Positions 1 to 9,680 of a stretch of DNA of 64,000 nucleotides are shown here, piece after piece (position 1 is the first letter of the stretch; each line of letters opens with the position of its first letter). The position numbers and the translations under genes were made by a program. The notes beneath the pieces were generated by a model that was given only the letters and a program-made list of their open reading frames with translations, had not been told where the DNA came from and did not search any database. The stretch is from Candidatus Bathyarchaeota archaeon (GTDB lineage: Archaea; Thermoproteota; Bathyarchaeia; Bathyarchaeales; Bathycorpusculaceae): contig CAWHXY010000004.1 of NCBI GenBank assembly GCA_963833575.1, positions 608,001 to 672,000 on the forward strand, in the 5' to 3' direction.

Positions 1-328
1 CCCATTGGCTTCTGCGGTAATGTGGATGATATCGGCTGGTTTCGCCAGTGTAACGATTACGGGTCTCACCAGTTTAGCGCTTGAACAAGTCCCAAGTTTT
101 CGAGGCACTATGATGTCTCTAAACACATCATTTCAGAACATTGGTCTCATTGTGGGATTGGCTATAAGCAGTTTTGTGCTAAACGTTTACGCTAACAACT
201 TTCAAATCCTGTACGCAATGTTTGGGATATGTGGTGTAGCCTCAGCCGCCGTTGTGTTCTTGTTTGCAAAAGATCCCTGCAAAAACCAATTGCCCCAGCT
301 ACCTGATCGAAAACTAACCCAACCTTGA
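1..328 (+). CDS. MFS transporter, C-terminal part (5'-truncated by window edge)
   Basis: Hydrophobic helices and an MFS-like loop motif (EQVPSFRGTMMSLN); the frame is open from the window edge. Confidence 0.75.
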   Translation, partial: PLASAVMWMISAGFASVTITGLTSLALEQVPSFRGTMMSLNTSFQNIGLIVGLAISSFVLNVYANNFQILYAMFGICGVASAAVVFLFAKDPCKNQLPQLPDRKLTQP

Positions 329-391
329 ACTAACGGTCGACGAATAGTTAAGACGAAACAAATCCACATTTTCCATGGGGTTAATTAAAAA

Positions 392-489
392 CGGGCTCGC
401 TGGGATTTGAACCCAGGATTTTCGGCTAACTCCCGCTTCTATGAAGCGTCCGGAGGCCGACGCCTTAATCCGTACTAGACTACGAGCCC
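392..489 (-). tRNA. tRNA-Arg(CCG) with a 22-nt intron at position 37/38 (intron 428-449)
   Basis: Reverse complement GGGCTCG...TCGGC-CTCCGG^intron^A-GCCGA...GGTTCAAATCC-CAGCGAGCCCG. CTCC/GGAG helix with two 3-nt bulges and a CGCTTC-ATA-GAAGCG hairpin form a canonical bulge-helix-bulge. Confidence 0.95.
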
Positions 490-534
490 ACAGTTTACAA
501 ATCAACATGCCTATTTAATTTAAAGCTAACTTTG

Positions 535-1062
535 TTATTCTTGGATTAGCTCTTCATCTATCCACCAAGCCTTCTTTTTCCCAGAACGTTCGCCAGCATA
601 GTATTCAATTATTGATTTTCCAATTTGTTTTTTTGAATTACGCTGGATTTTTCTGAGCCTGTTGAGTATGAGCCACCTGTTGGTTTTTAGGTACTCGGCT
701 AATTCAGGGGTCGTTGCGCTTTTGTAGTTTAATATATATTCCATTATTTTATGATCTACGTCATCGATACAGTAAGAATGTGGATTTATTTTTCCGTGCT
801 GAAATGTGAGCAGTTCCAAATCAGCAAGGTATTTTCTGATTTGTCCAAATTCCTGCTCTATTTTCCCCATTCTCCCTTCCAACGCTAAGAGCTTGTCTGC
901 TTTAGGTGTTTTCTGCAACTTTTCGCTTATGGCTTCTCTGATAAAAGAGCTACGATCACCTTCAGGAATACGCAACGCCATTTCTTGATAAACTGTTTCA
1001 GGAATCTTCACAGTTACAATTCTTACTTCGCTCAACATTGGCGCCTCAATAATCTTATGCAT
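535..1062 (-). CDS. Putative transcriptional regulator with N-terminal ribbon-helix-helix and C-terminal winged HTH
   Basis: IVTVKIPE...RSSFIREAI (RHH), a coiled coil, then ATTPELAEYL (wHTH). Confidence 0.65.
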   Translation of the reverse strand: MHKIIEAPMLSEVRIVTVKIPETVYQEMALRIPEGDRSSFIREAISEKLQKTPKADKLLALEGRMGKIEQEFGQIRKYLADLELLTFQHGKINPHSYCIDDVDHKIMEYILNYKSATTPELAEYLKTNRWLILNRLRKIQRNSKKQIGKSIIEYYAGERSGKKKAWWIDEELIQE

Positions 1063-1261
1063 CGTCTTATTATTTCATAGTTTCTCTAAAATTTTTAATT
1101 TACAAAATAAATTTGTTTATTAGCTGGCGTTAGCGTAAGAGATTTTTTGGATTAAATATTTACAAATTAATTTTGAAATATCGATTGGCATTGAAATGCA
1201 TAACCGCTAGGGCAATAATATTTATGTGGGAAGCACAAAATAGAGGATACGGTGACTTAAG

Positions 1262-2179
1262 TTGATTGATTGGTCCCAAAAACAGTTATTAATTCTCGCA
1301 TTTGACCATCGAGCGTCATTTCTGGAAAAAATGTTTGAAATTAAGAATCGTCAACCCACATCTGAAGAAAAAAAGGAAATTGAAGATTACAAGAAAATCA
1401 TTTTCGAAGGCTTCAAACTTTCTGTAAAAAAGAAGGTCCCGAAAGAAATTGCGGGTTTGTTGGTAGATGAAGAGTTTGGGAGCGCCGTTCTTCGAGAAGC
1501 TAAAAAAAACGGATTAACATTTGCTATGCCTGTAGAGAAGTCCGGTCAGGATGAATTTGACTTCGATTACGGTGAGAACTACGCAAAACACATCGAAGAG
1601 TTCGACCCAACTTTTGTGAAAGTCTTGGTACGCTACAATCCTGAAGGCGATACAACTTTAAACAAAAGACAACTTCAAAGATTAAAGAAACTCAGCGATT
1701 ACTTGGCACAAAAAAAGAAACCCTTCCTCTTTGAACTTATTGTACCTGCATTACCAGCGCAATTAGCAAAACTTGGGGGATCAAAAGAAATTTACGATAC
1801 AGAGTTGAGACCAAAACTCATGGTAAGCAGCCTAAAGGAAATTCAGGCGGCAGGAGTTGAACCGTCTATTTGGAAATTAGAAGGCGTTGACAAACCTGAG
1901 GCGGCAAAAGCAGTGGTTAAACAAGCACAAAGTAATGGAAGGAAAGCCGGAGTTATAACTCTGGGTCGAGGAGAATCTAAAGAAAAAGTACAAGAATGGC
2001 TGAAAGTCGGAGCCAAAATACCGGGCATCATTGGGTTTGCCGTAGGAAGAACTATTTTCTGGCAACCATTGGCGGATTACAGAGCAGGCAAGAATAATAG
2101 AAAAGAAGCGGTGGAAAAGGTTGCCCAAAACTATATAGAGTTTACAGAGTTATGGCTAAATGAATGTAAAAGGAGCTAA
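1262..2179 (+). CDS. Class I aldolase, DUF2090/IolC-C-terminal (LacD-like) family
   Basis: LAFDHR, VKVLVRYNP, WKLEG (Schiff-base Lys), VITLGRG, GFAVGRTIFW motifs. Confidence 0.8.
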   Translation: MIDWSQKQLLILAFDHRASFLEKMFEIKNRQPTSEEKKEIEDYKKIIFEGFKLSVKKKVPKEIAGLLVDEEFGSAVLREAKKNGLTFAMPVEKSGQDEFDFDYGENYAKHIEEFDPTFVKVLVRYNPEGDTTLNKRQLQRLKKLSDYLAQKKKPFLFELIVPALPAQLAKLGGSKEIYDTELRPKLMVSSLKEIQAAGVEPSIWKLEGVDKPEAAKAVVKQAQSNGRKAGVITLGRGESKEKVQEWLKVGAKIPGIIGFAVGRTIFWQPLADYRAGKNNRKEAVEKVAQNYIEFTELWLNECKRS

Positions 2180-2183
2180 AAAA

Positions 2184-3167
2184 ATGACTTCACTAAGATC
2201 TTTATCCCCATCATTAACAAGAATCACTACTGCTGGAGCAGTAGGCGCAGCTCTCCACATTGGTAAAGGAGATCCAGACAAAGTTGACCAAACTGCTTTG
2301 GATTTTTCTAGAGCTGTTTTAAACCAGACTGAAGTAGATGGCGAAGTTATTTGTTGTGAGGGACCCAAAGACAACGCTCCGGCGTTCAGTTACAGAGAAA
2401 AAGTTGGCACTGGAAACGGACCTAAAGTGGAATTTGTAATCGACCAGGTTGACGGTACAACAGCAACCTCCAAGGGAAAGAAAGATGCGATTTCAGCGTT
2501 AGCGTGTGCTCCGGCAGGTTGTTTGCAAGTTCTTCCAGACGACGGATATTATTTCAAGATTGCAACCAACGGCTTATCAAGAGGAAAAATTTCACCCGAT
2601 ATGTCGATTGAAGAAATAGTACAAACCGTAGCTTCATGCAAAAAGCTGCAGCTTCCAAATTTCACGGTAATTATGCTTGAGCGCGAGAGACATGCAGACT
2701 TGCTTAAAAAACTAAGAAATATGGGCGTAAGGATTATTTTGATTACTGACGGAGATATTGCAGGTTCAATTGTTACTTGTTTACCTGATTCAGGTATTGA
2801 CTTGCTTATAGGTGCAGGAGCCGGTGCTGAAGCGACCATTGCTGCCACGGCGGTAAAATGCCTTGGCGGAACTATGCTTGTGAAAGTTTGGAAAGATAAA
2901 AAAGATGATGCGAACCGAATGAAACGGCTAAAAGCTGCTGGCGTCGATGTCGATAAAACATACAATGAAGCGGAACTAGCAAAGGGCAATGAAATGATCT
3001 TTGCAGCTTCTGGCGTAACTAAAGGCGAAATGCTTGATGGTGTACGATTTACTCCTACGGGTGCAATTGTCAAGTCTTTTTGTACTAGGCTACCAAGTGG
3101 AACCATTGAGAGATCAGAAACCATTTTGAAATTTAGCGGCCACCCAGTATATAGTCAAATAACTTAG
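2184..3167 (+). CDS. glpX: Class II fructose-1,6-bisphosphatase (GlpX family), divergent
   Basis: EGPKDNAP, DQVDGT, LERERH, DGDI, ASGVTKGEMLDGV motifs; AGGAG precedes ATG 2184. Confidence 0.8.
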   Translation: MTSLRSLSPSLTRITTAGAVGAALHIGKGDPDKVDQTALDFSRAVLNQTEVDGEVICCEGPKDNAPAFSYREKVGTGNGPKVEFVIDQVDGTTATSKGKKDAISALACAPAGCLQVLPDDGYYFKIATNGLSRGKISPDMSIEEIVQTVASCKKLQLPNFTVIMLERERHADLLKKLRNMGVRIILITDGDIAGSIVTCLPDSGIDLLIGAGAGAEATIAATAVKCLGGTMLVKVWKDKKDDANRMKRLKAAGVDVDKTYNEAELAKGNEMIFAASGVTKGEMLDGVRFTPTGAIVKSFCTRLPSGTIERSETILKFSGHPVYSQIT

Positions 3168-3325
3168 AAACAATTCATTTCTTTTTTTTCTTTTAGATTT
3201 TCCATAGGATATTTTCGGGAAAACATGGTTTTCATGTTTATAGCAATCAAAAATTGAATGAGGTTATAGCTGGGACTCTTGAATTAAGCGTTTAATTAAC
3301 GAGTCACTTCAAATTAAAACTATGC

Positions 3326-3883
3326 TTATTCAGTGGGTTGACCTGCCAACTTAGCCAAGCAAAGATATCTTTGTTCAACGATACCGAGAAGTTTTTTCCG
3401 TAAATCTTCACCAGCCAAGTTTTTCTTTTTTAGCAAACCCGTTTTTTTGGCCAATTCCGCATCACCTAGCATCTTGAACCAGGCTTCAAAGTCGCCTCGT
3501 TGCATGTGAAAGTCTACTGAGACTATGTCTGCTTTGTCGAGTTTGTGAGCGAAATCTCGCAAGTTATGTGCATGGAGGTTTAGTGGTTTTCCCACTGTGA
3601 CATAGAAATTGAATGCTCTGTCGTGAGCTGCGTAGCCGAGTATTGCTACTGCTTTCTCTTTGCTAGTTTCGGGTATGCCGAGTGCGTTCTTTCCTTTTTC
3701 AGTTATGATATATAGTCCTTTTTCAGGTGAGTTAACATAACCCATCCTTGTGAGTCCTAAAAGATGCATCATAGTTGGCGGAAACTCTTTTTTGCTTTCA
3801 CTAGCGATCTCTATAGCTTTCATTGGTTTTTCATTTAGAAGCATTGTTTCTAGTATTTCTTGTTTGACAGGTGATAAACTCAT
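3326..3883 (-). CDS. Winged-HTH protein fused to a DUF5752-like domain
   Basis: N-terminal wHTH (HLLGLTRMGYV...GLYIITEKG); C-terminal AFNFY..GKP...AHNLRDF...SVDFHMQRGDFEAWF..LGD.ELA. The Met at 3883 is the more likely start. Confidence 0.7.
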   Translation of the reverse strand: MSLSPVKQEILETMLLNEKPMKAIEIASESKKEFPPTMMHLLGLTRMGYVNSPEKGLYIITEKGKNALGIPETSKEKAVAILGYAAHDRAFNFYVTVGKPLNLHAHNLRDFAHKLDKADIVSVDFHMQRGDFEAWFKMLGDAELAKKTGLLKKKNLAGEDLRKKLLGIVEQRYLCLAKLAGQPTE

Positions 3884-4042
3884 GTTGTAGGCACCTTGCC
3901 TGTAACTGACTATGCAGAAGGGTCTAATCAAACTTTGCCTTAACTTTTTATAGTCCTTCCGTTTCAAGTTTGTTTTGTTAGATTAAGTAAAGCTTTTAGT
4001 GTAGTGATTGCAAATGCTATGGTAAATCGGTGACAGGACAGA

Positions 4043-5293
4043 ATGAAACTTGCTGTTTTCGTTTATGAATATCCACCTAAAATTGTCGGTGGATTAGGAA
4101 CTTACGCTGCTGAGATAACGAGAAAGTTTGTTTTAGAAGACCACGACGTCACGGTTTTTACTATGAATGATGATCAAGGTTCTTTACCTACACGAGAAAT
4201 TTGGCGTGGAATTGAAATTCATCGTCCATTGCACCTTGACATTTCAGACTCGCTTCCAGATGTTATTGCTGAAGACATTAAGAAATGGGGCAGAGGATTA
4301 CACTTCTTCGGCAAACTTATGGTCTATAATTACTTATCAGCGGCTAAACTCATTAACGAATTAATCAAAAAAGAAGGTATGAAATACGATATTGTTGTTG
4401 CTCATGATTGGCTCTCAGCCATGGGCGGAATTACGGTTAAAAGAGAAACTGGTTTGCCATTGGCTTTTCATGTTCACTCAACTGAGAAAGGGCGAACACT
4501 AGGAAATGGCTCGGGCGTAGTTAGCAACATAGAATTGCGTGCAGGCAAAATGGCTGATATGGTTGTTACGGTATCTTATGCGATGAAAGATGAACTTATA
4601 CAGCTTGGGTTCCCAAAGGAAAAAATTCAAGTAAGCTACAATGGGGTCGACCCACAAAAGTACAATCCGCAAAACGTATCTGCTGAAGAAATTAAGCGGG
4701 TCAGAAACAAGTACGGCATCAGCGATAATGAATTAATGATTCTTTTCCTCGGCAGGCTCGTTGGAGTAAAAGGCGTTGATAAACTCATAATGGCAATGCC
4801 CCACATTGTTTCGAAAATTCCAAACGCAAAACTCGTAATTGTTGGGGTAGGCGAACTTCAAGAATACCTGACAAACCTTACTAGAACCATTCGGCTTGAC
4901 CAATACGTCAAATTCTGTTTTGACTTCATCCCAGAGGAAGAACGAATTATACATTATGCGGCATGTGACGTAGCAGTTTTTCCAAGCCACTACGAACCTT
5001 TCGGAATCGTTGCATTGGAAGCAATGAGCATGGAAAAACCAGTAGTCGTTGGCGCCGCAGGCGTTAGCGGAATGCGTGAAATAGTAATTTGCTGCGGCGA
5101 AGAACAATGCGGTTTTCATATAGATCAAAACAACCCATCAGACATAGCATGGGGAGTAATCAGCGCATTAGAAAACCCTGAAAAACGCAAGGTGCTTGGC
5201 AAAAATGGCAGAAAACGAGTTTTGGCAGAGTTTACATGGAGTAAAATAGCCAAAAAAACCATCTCACTATACGAAACAATTGCAAAAAGCTGA
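4043..5293 (+). CDS. GT4 glycosyltransferase (glycogen synthase-like)
   Basis: EYPPKIVGGLG, AHDW, HSTE.GR, NGVD, YEPFGIVALEAM motifs. Confidence 0.9.
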   Translation: MKLAVFVYEYPPKIVGGLGTYAAEITRKFVLEDHDVTVFTMNDDQGSLPTREIWRGIEIHRPLHLDISDSLPDVIAEDIKKWGRGLHFFGKLMVYNYLSAAKLINELIKKEGMKYDIVVAHDWLSAMGGITVKRETGLPLAFHVHSTEKGRTLGNGSGVVSNIELRAGKMADMVVTVSYAMKDELIQLGFPKEKIQVSYNGVDPQKYNPQNVSAEEIKRVRNKYGISDNELMILFLGRLVGVKGVDKLIMAMPHIVSKIPNAKLVIVGVGELQEYLTNLTRTIRLDQYVKFCFDFIPEEERIIHYAACDVAVFPSHYEPFGIVALEAMSMEKPVVVGAAGVSGMREIVICCGEEQCGFHIDQNNPSDIAWGVISALENPEKRKVLGKNGRKRVLAEFTWSKIAKKTISLYETIAKS

Positions 5294-5921
5294 TTCAGCG
5301 CTTGATGCTCCATTGACGTATGACTTGAAGCATAGAGTCGCTCGAGAGGCGGCCACTTTGCTTTATTTTGGTGCTGAAAAAGAGTATAAACAAGCAAAAG
5401 AAAAAGCAGCAGAAACCTTAGGAACTCATTTTTTGCCCTCAAATCTTGAAGTGGCTTTGGAGCTAGATAAAATAGCTGAAGAAAATGAGGGCTCAAAAAG
5501 AAAAGAACGCTTAATTGAAATGCGAAAAGAAGCCCTGAAGATAATGAAGCTTCTAGATTCTTACAGCCCTGTTTTGATTGGGAGCGTTTGGCGGGGAACG
5601 ATAAAGCACGGGAGCGATATTGATATAGCCGTTTATGTCGATGATCCCGAAGTAATCGTTAATGCTCTCAAGGTCGAAGGTGTAAAAGTTTTGAAAACTT
5701 CTTGGACAACTGTTAACAAGCGTGGAACAACCTTAGAGTCATTTCACATTTACGGGGAAACTTCAGCTAAACATAGACTGGAAATTGTAGCTCGAAGCAA
5801 AGAAGAAGCAGGGAAGAAGAGAAAATGCGAAATATTTGACGACGAAATGAAGGGTTTAAACATCAAGGAACTCACGAAAGTTCTCGACAACAACCCTTCC
5901 CAGCAATTTATTCCCTCTTAG
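5280..5921 (+). CDS. Nucleotidyltransferase-domain protein
   Basis: GS...G.....SDIDI Pol-beta motif; N-terminal VAREAATLLY helical domain; start uncertain. Confidence 0.75.
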   Translation: MQKADSALDAPLTYDLKHRVAREAATLLYFGAEKEYKQAKEKAAETLGTHFLPSNLEVALELDKIAEENEGSKRKERLIEMRKEALKIMKLLDSYSPVLIGSVWRGTIKHGSDIDIAVYVDDPEVIVNALKVEGVKVLKTSWTTVNKRGTTLESFHIYGETSAKHRLEIVARSKEEAGKKRKCEIFDDEMKGLNIKELTKVLDNNPSQQFIPS

Positions 5922-6002
5922 TTCAGGGGCAATTTCTGTTTTTCTTTCAAAAAAGAAAATAAATAACCCTTACAATAATTATTTTTGTACAACTGATGAA
6001 AA

Positions 6003-6383
6003 ATGGCAATCGATAAAAAATCGCTCAAGAAAATGTTTCCACACCTCTACAATGAACTAGAAACGGGAGAGGTTAAAGTGCCTATTAATGCTGTTCGAAA
6101 AGATGCTGAAGCTATAGAAAATGCTGAATGCGAAGAAATGGATTTTGAGCCCACCGTTTTGCCTGATAAGCTTCGCCATTTTAATCCTTCCGCCGTAGAT
6201 TTTATTCGTCGATGCGATACGGAAACACAAGCTGAAGAAATAATTATGTACTTACAGAAAAAAGGTGAAATAACCAAAGAGAATGCTGATGAATTGCGGG
6301 GTCAGCTTAAACGAGATGGCGTTAGAAGCTTTGGACCCAAAAAAGAAGAGTACTATTATTTTAAAGAAAGCGGAATTTACTAA
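6003..6383 (+). CDS. DUF2095-like archaeal protein
   Basis: FPHLYNEL, P.AVDFIRRCDT..QAEEII.YL.KKGEI, GVRSFG.KKE..YYF. Confidence 0.75.
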   Translation: MAIDKKSLKKMFPHLYNELETGEVKVPINAVRKDAEAIENAECEEMDFEPTVLPDKLRHFNPSAVDFIRRCDTETQAEEIIMYLQKKGEITKENADELRGQLKRDGVRSFGPKKEEYYYFKESGIY

Positions 6384-6573
6384 TTTTGTTATGAACTAAC
6401 TTTGTAATCTGCCACCAATTGACTTAAAGCAAATGTTATCGGTTGCTTAATGTAAAGTGAAAATCTTTATCATGTGATAGGAGCTTGTTGCTTGCCAAGC
6501 GCTTTGTCCACATTTTTGTCGGAAAATTAATAAATATAGAGTCGATTGTACAGACTTAGAAAATGGTGATTTT

Positions 6574-7593
6574 ATGACTATTAAAGTAGGAATTAACGGA
6601 TTCGGAAGGATCGGAAGACTTCTCTACAGAGCAGCAATAGAAAAGAATGCAGATATTGATTTCGTAGCCATTAACGACCTTGCAGATGCAAAAACTAATG
6701 CTCACCTTCTAAAATATGACTCAGTTCACGGGCGCTTTCCAGGAACAGTTGAAGTGAAAGGAAACGACTTAGTCGTGAATGGGAAAGAACTCAAATGTCT
6801 CAGCGTTAGAGACCCTTTACAATTGCCTTGGAAAGACCTTGGAATTTACTTAGCTGTTGAAAGCACAGGTTTATTCACTAACCGTGAAGGTGCAACCAAA
6901 CACTTAACGGCAGGAGCAAAAAAAGTTCTCATTTCCGCGCCAGCAGAAAATCCAGATGCAACATTTGTTTTAGGCGTCAACGACAAAACCTACGACCCAG
7001 AAAAACACAACATTCTGAGCAACGCAAGCTGCACAACAAACGCTTTAGCACCTATCAGCAAAGTATTAACAGAAAATTTCGGTTTAGAAAAAGCACTCAT
7101 GACGACTTGCCACAGCTATACAAACGACCAGAAAATCCAAGATATAGTTCACAAGGACCCAAGACGCGCAAGAGCAGCAGCAATTAACATCATTCCAACA
7201 AGCACAGGTGCGGCTAAAGCAATTGGCTTAGTTTTGCCTAGTTGCGCCGGTAAAATGAATGGGTATTCACTACGAGTTCCGACCCCAGACGTATCTATTG
7301 TTGATTTAACCGCAATCTTAGGCAAAGAAGTTACAAAAGCTGAAATCAATGCAGCGATGAAGAAAGCGGCTGAAGGCGAGCTCAAAGGCATTCTGCAGTA
7401 CACTGAAGACCCAATCGTTAGCACTGATGTACTTCACAGCACGTATAGCAGTGTTTTCGATGCCGATTTAACCATGGTTTTAGGGGATAAAGGCAACTTC
7501 GTTAAAGTCTTCGCATGGTATGACAACGAATGGGGCTTTAGCAACCGGATGGTTGACTTTATCGAAATGGTCGGCAAAAAAGTCAAGGTTTAA
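6574..7593 (+). CDS. gap: Type I (bacterial-type) glyceraldehyde-3-phosphate dehydrogenase
   Basis: [40 protein letters not shown]. Confidence 0.97.
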   Translation: MTIKVGINGFGRIGRLLYRAAIEKNADIDFVAINDLADAKTNAHLLKYDSVHGRFPGTVEVKGNDLVVNGKELKCLSVRDPLQLPWKDLGIYLAVESTGLFTNREGATKHLTAGAKKVLISAPAENPDATFVLGVNDKTYDPEKHNILSNASCTTNALAPISKVLTENFGLEKALMTTCHSYTNDQKIQDIVHKDPRRARAAAINIIPTSTGAAKAIGLVLPSCAGKMNGYSLRVPTPDVSIVDLTAILGKEVTKAEINAAMKKAAEGELKGILQYTEDPIVSTDVLHSTYSSVFDADLTMVLGDKGNFVKVFAWYDNEWGFSNRMVDFIEMVGKKVKV

Positions 7594-7660
7594 GTCTGTT
7601 AAACAAGCTTAAATCCACCTATTCTTTTCCTTTTTTGAAATAAATTAAGAAGTGATTAAC

Positions 7661-8893
7661 ATGGCAAAGTACAAGACATTAGACGATTTTGAAGTAAAAA
7701 ACAAAGTTGTGTTAGTCAGAGTGGACTTTAACTCTGAAATTGACCCAGCAACCAAGAGAGTAACAAGCGATGTACGTATAAAAGCACATGCTGAAACAAC
7801 TCTCAAAGAATTGGCTGAAAAAGGAGCCAAAACCGTTGTGTTAGCCCATCAAGGACGTAAAGGAGACCCAGACTATACACCACTCAAAGAACATGCAGCA
7901 ATTCTTCAGAAAATCCTCAAATGCCCAGTAAAATACGTTGACGACGTATTTGGTGAAAAAGCGAAAACCGCTATCAAAAACCTTCAAGCGGGAGAAATTT
8001 TGGTTCTTGAAAACGTACGTTCATGGGATGGAGAAACCAAAAACGGCACACCAGAACAACAAAGCAAAACAGAACTTGTCCAGAATCTTGCGCTGCTTGC
8101 CGACTTGTTTGTAAATGATGCTTTCGCTGCTGCACACCGTGGACATGTTTCTATGGTTGGATTCACCGCAGTTTTGCCGAGTGCTGCAGGACGCATCATG
8201 GAACGCGAATTGAAATCGCTGAGCAAAGCGTTAGAAAAACCTGAAAAACCCTCGGTTTACGTTATGGGCGGAGCCAAAGCCGACGATAGCCTCGAAATCA
8301 GCAAGTACGTTTTGGGCAACGGTTTAGCAGATTATGTGCTTACTGGTGGTGTAACTGGTCAGTTGTTTCTTGCGGCTAAAGGCGTCGATTTGGGCAAGGG
8401 AAACATGGGTTACCTCGCAAAAAAAGAACTCACAGGTTTAATCCCCGGCATTAAGGCGTTAGAGGACCAATTTGGCGAAAAGGTTGTTGTTCCACTAGAT
8501 TTTGCCTTAGACATTAACGGCAAACGAAAAGAAATTCCAGTTAACAAACTACCAACAGAAAATTCGATTATGGACATAGGTACAAAAACCGTCGAGAAAT
8601 ACGCAAGAATTATCGCAATCGCAAAATCCATAGTTGTCAGCGGACCCATGGGAGTCTACGAAAATAAAGAATTCAACTACGGAACCAAAGGGGTCTTCGA
8701 AGCAATCGCAAACAGCAAAGCTTTCAGCCTCGCAGGTGGTGGAAATACCATCGCGGCTATCCAAGAATACGGCCTAACCAAAAAAATAGGCTACATAAGC
8801 ACCGCAGGTGGAGCACTAATCGAGTTCCTCATGGGCAAGAAACTCCCAGGCGTCGTTGCATTGGAAAACGCTGTCAAAACAAAGAAGATCTAA
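7661..8893 (+). CDS. pgk: Phosphoglycerate kinase
   Basis: RVDFN, LENVR, NDAFAAAHR, GGAK, GPMGVYE, ISTAGGA. Confidence 0.97.
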   Translation: MAKYKTLDDFEVKNKVVLVRVDFNSEIDPATKRVTSDVRIKAHAETTLKELAEKGAKTVVLAHQGRKGDPDYTPLKEHAAILQKILKCPVKYVDDVFGEKAKTAIKNLQAGEILVLENVRSWDGETKNGTPEQQSKTELVQNLALLADLFVNDAFAAAHRGHVSMVGFTAVLPSAAGRIMERELKSLSKALEKPEKPSVYVMGGAKADDSLEISKYVLGNGLADYVLTGGVTGQLFLAAKGVDLGKGNMGYLAKKELTGLIPGIKALEDQFGEKVVVPLDFALDINGKRKEIPVNKLPTENSIMDIGTKTVEKYARIIAIAKSIVVSGPMGVYENKEFNYGTKGVFEAIANSKAFSLAGGGNTIAAIQEYGLTKKIGYISTAGGALIEFLMGKKLPGVVALENAVKTKKI

Positions 8894-8931
8894 TTTTTCC
8901 TTATTCTTTGTTTTTGCTAAGGGTTGACGAT

Positions 8932-9675
8932 TTAGAGTTTATTAGTAGTAATTTCAACAAAATTATCAATAATTGATTGAATACTTTTTGCTATATAGTC
9001 GGGTTTTTGTTGACTTTCAAATAGATCCTGTAATGTGTTAAATTGTGAAGGAATAAAAACTGTTTTTAATCCTGCCGCTTTAGCGCCTCTAATATCTTCA
9101 TTTGGACTGTCGCCAATAAAAACAGCTTCTTCTGCTTTGGTGTGTAAGCGGTTTAGAGCTTCTTGGAAAATCTTGCGGCTTGGTTTCCTCCAACCAGTTT
9201 CCTCTGAAACCACAACTGCGTTAAAAAATGCATTTATGCCCAGGTGTCTTAAGCTCGAGTAAATGACGGGAGCATGGGTAAAGTTTGAGATTAACCCGAC
9301 TTTGCTTTGATGCCGCGCTTGTTTGAGTAGTACCTTTGCGCCGTCTCTTAGTTCAAACGAGTCAATGTAAGCTTTGAAGAAAACGCTTAGGGCACATTTA
9401 ATTCGATAATCAGCTTCCTTCACTTCAAAACCCAAAGTACTAAGTGCTTCTGCCACCCAAACTGAATTTGTGACCTCTCTTAGCTCGTCATAACGGATTT
9501 TTCGGTACTTCTCATGAGCTTGAGCGTAAGCGGCTAAAAACCGATCTTTAGATACATTAAATCCCTCGTTAGTTAAAGCCGTATAGAGGTTTTCCATTGA
9601 AGCATTCATAGTATAGCCTTTGCAGTTGACCAAAGTGCCAATGTAATCAAAAATTACTGCTTTAGCACAAGCCAC
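8932..9675 (-). CDS. HAD-family hydrolase
   Basis: FDYIGTL, ISN, RKP, IGDSPNEDIRGAKAAG. Confidence 0.85.
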   Translation of the reverse strand: MACAKAVIFDYIGTLVNCKGYTMNASMENLYTALTNEGFNVSKDRFLAAYAQAHEKYRKIRYDELREVTNSVWVAEALSTLGFEVKEADYRIKCALSVFFKAYIDSFELRDGAKVLLKQARHQSKVGLISNFTHAPVIYSSLRHLGINAFFNAVVVSEETGWRKPSRKIFQEALNRLHTKAEEAVFIGDSPNEDIRGAKAAGLKTVFIPSQFNTLQDLFESQQKPDYIAKSIQSIIDNFVEITTNKL

Positions 9676-9680
9676 TATGG

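Noticed and set aside
314-508. 64-aa minus-strand ORF
   Set aside because: It is a translation of the tRNA-Arg gene. Unlike the tRNA-Gly case, there is no protein-like upstream extension.
2549-3124. 191-aa antisense ORF (and the many similar shadow ORFs in the track)
   Set aside because: They lie opposite well-supported genes and reflect codon bias.
6468-6479. TATCA-TG-TGATA inverted repeat upstream of gap, resembling the Thermococcales glycolytic motif
   Set aside because: Spacing differs from TATCAC-N5-GTGATA and I did not see it upstream of the other sugar genes.
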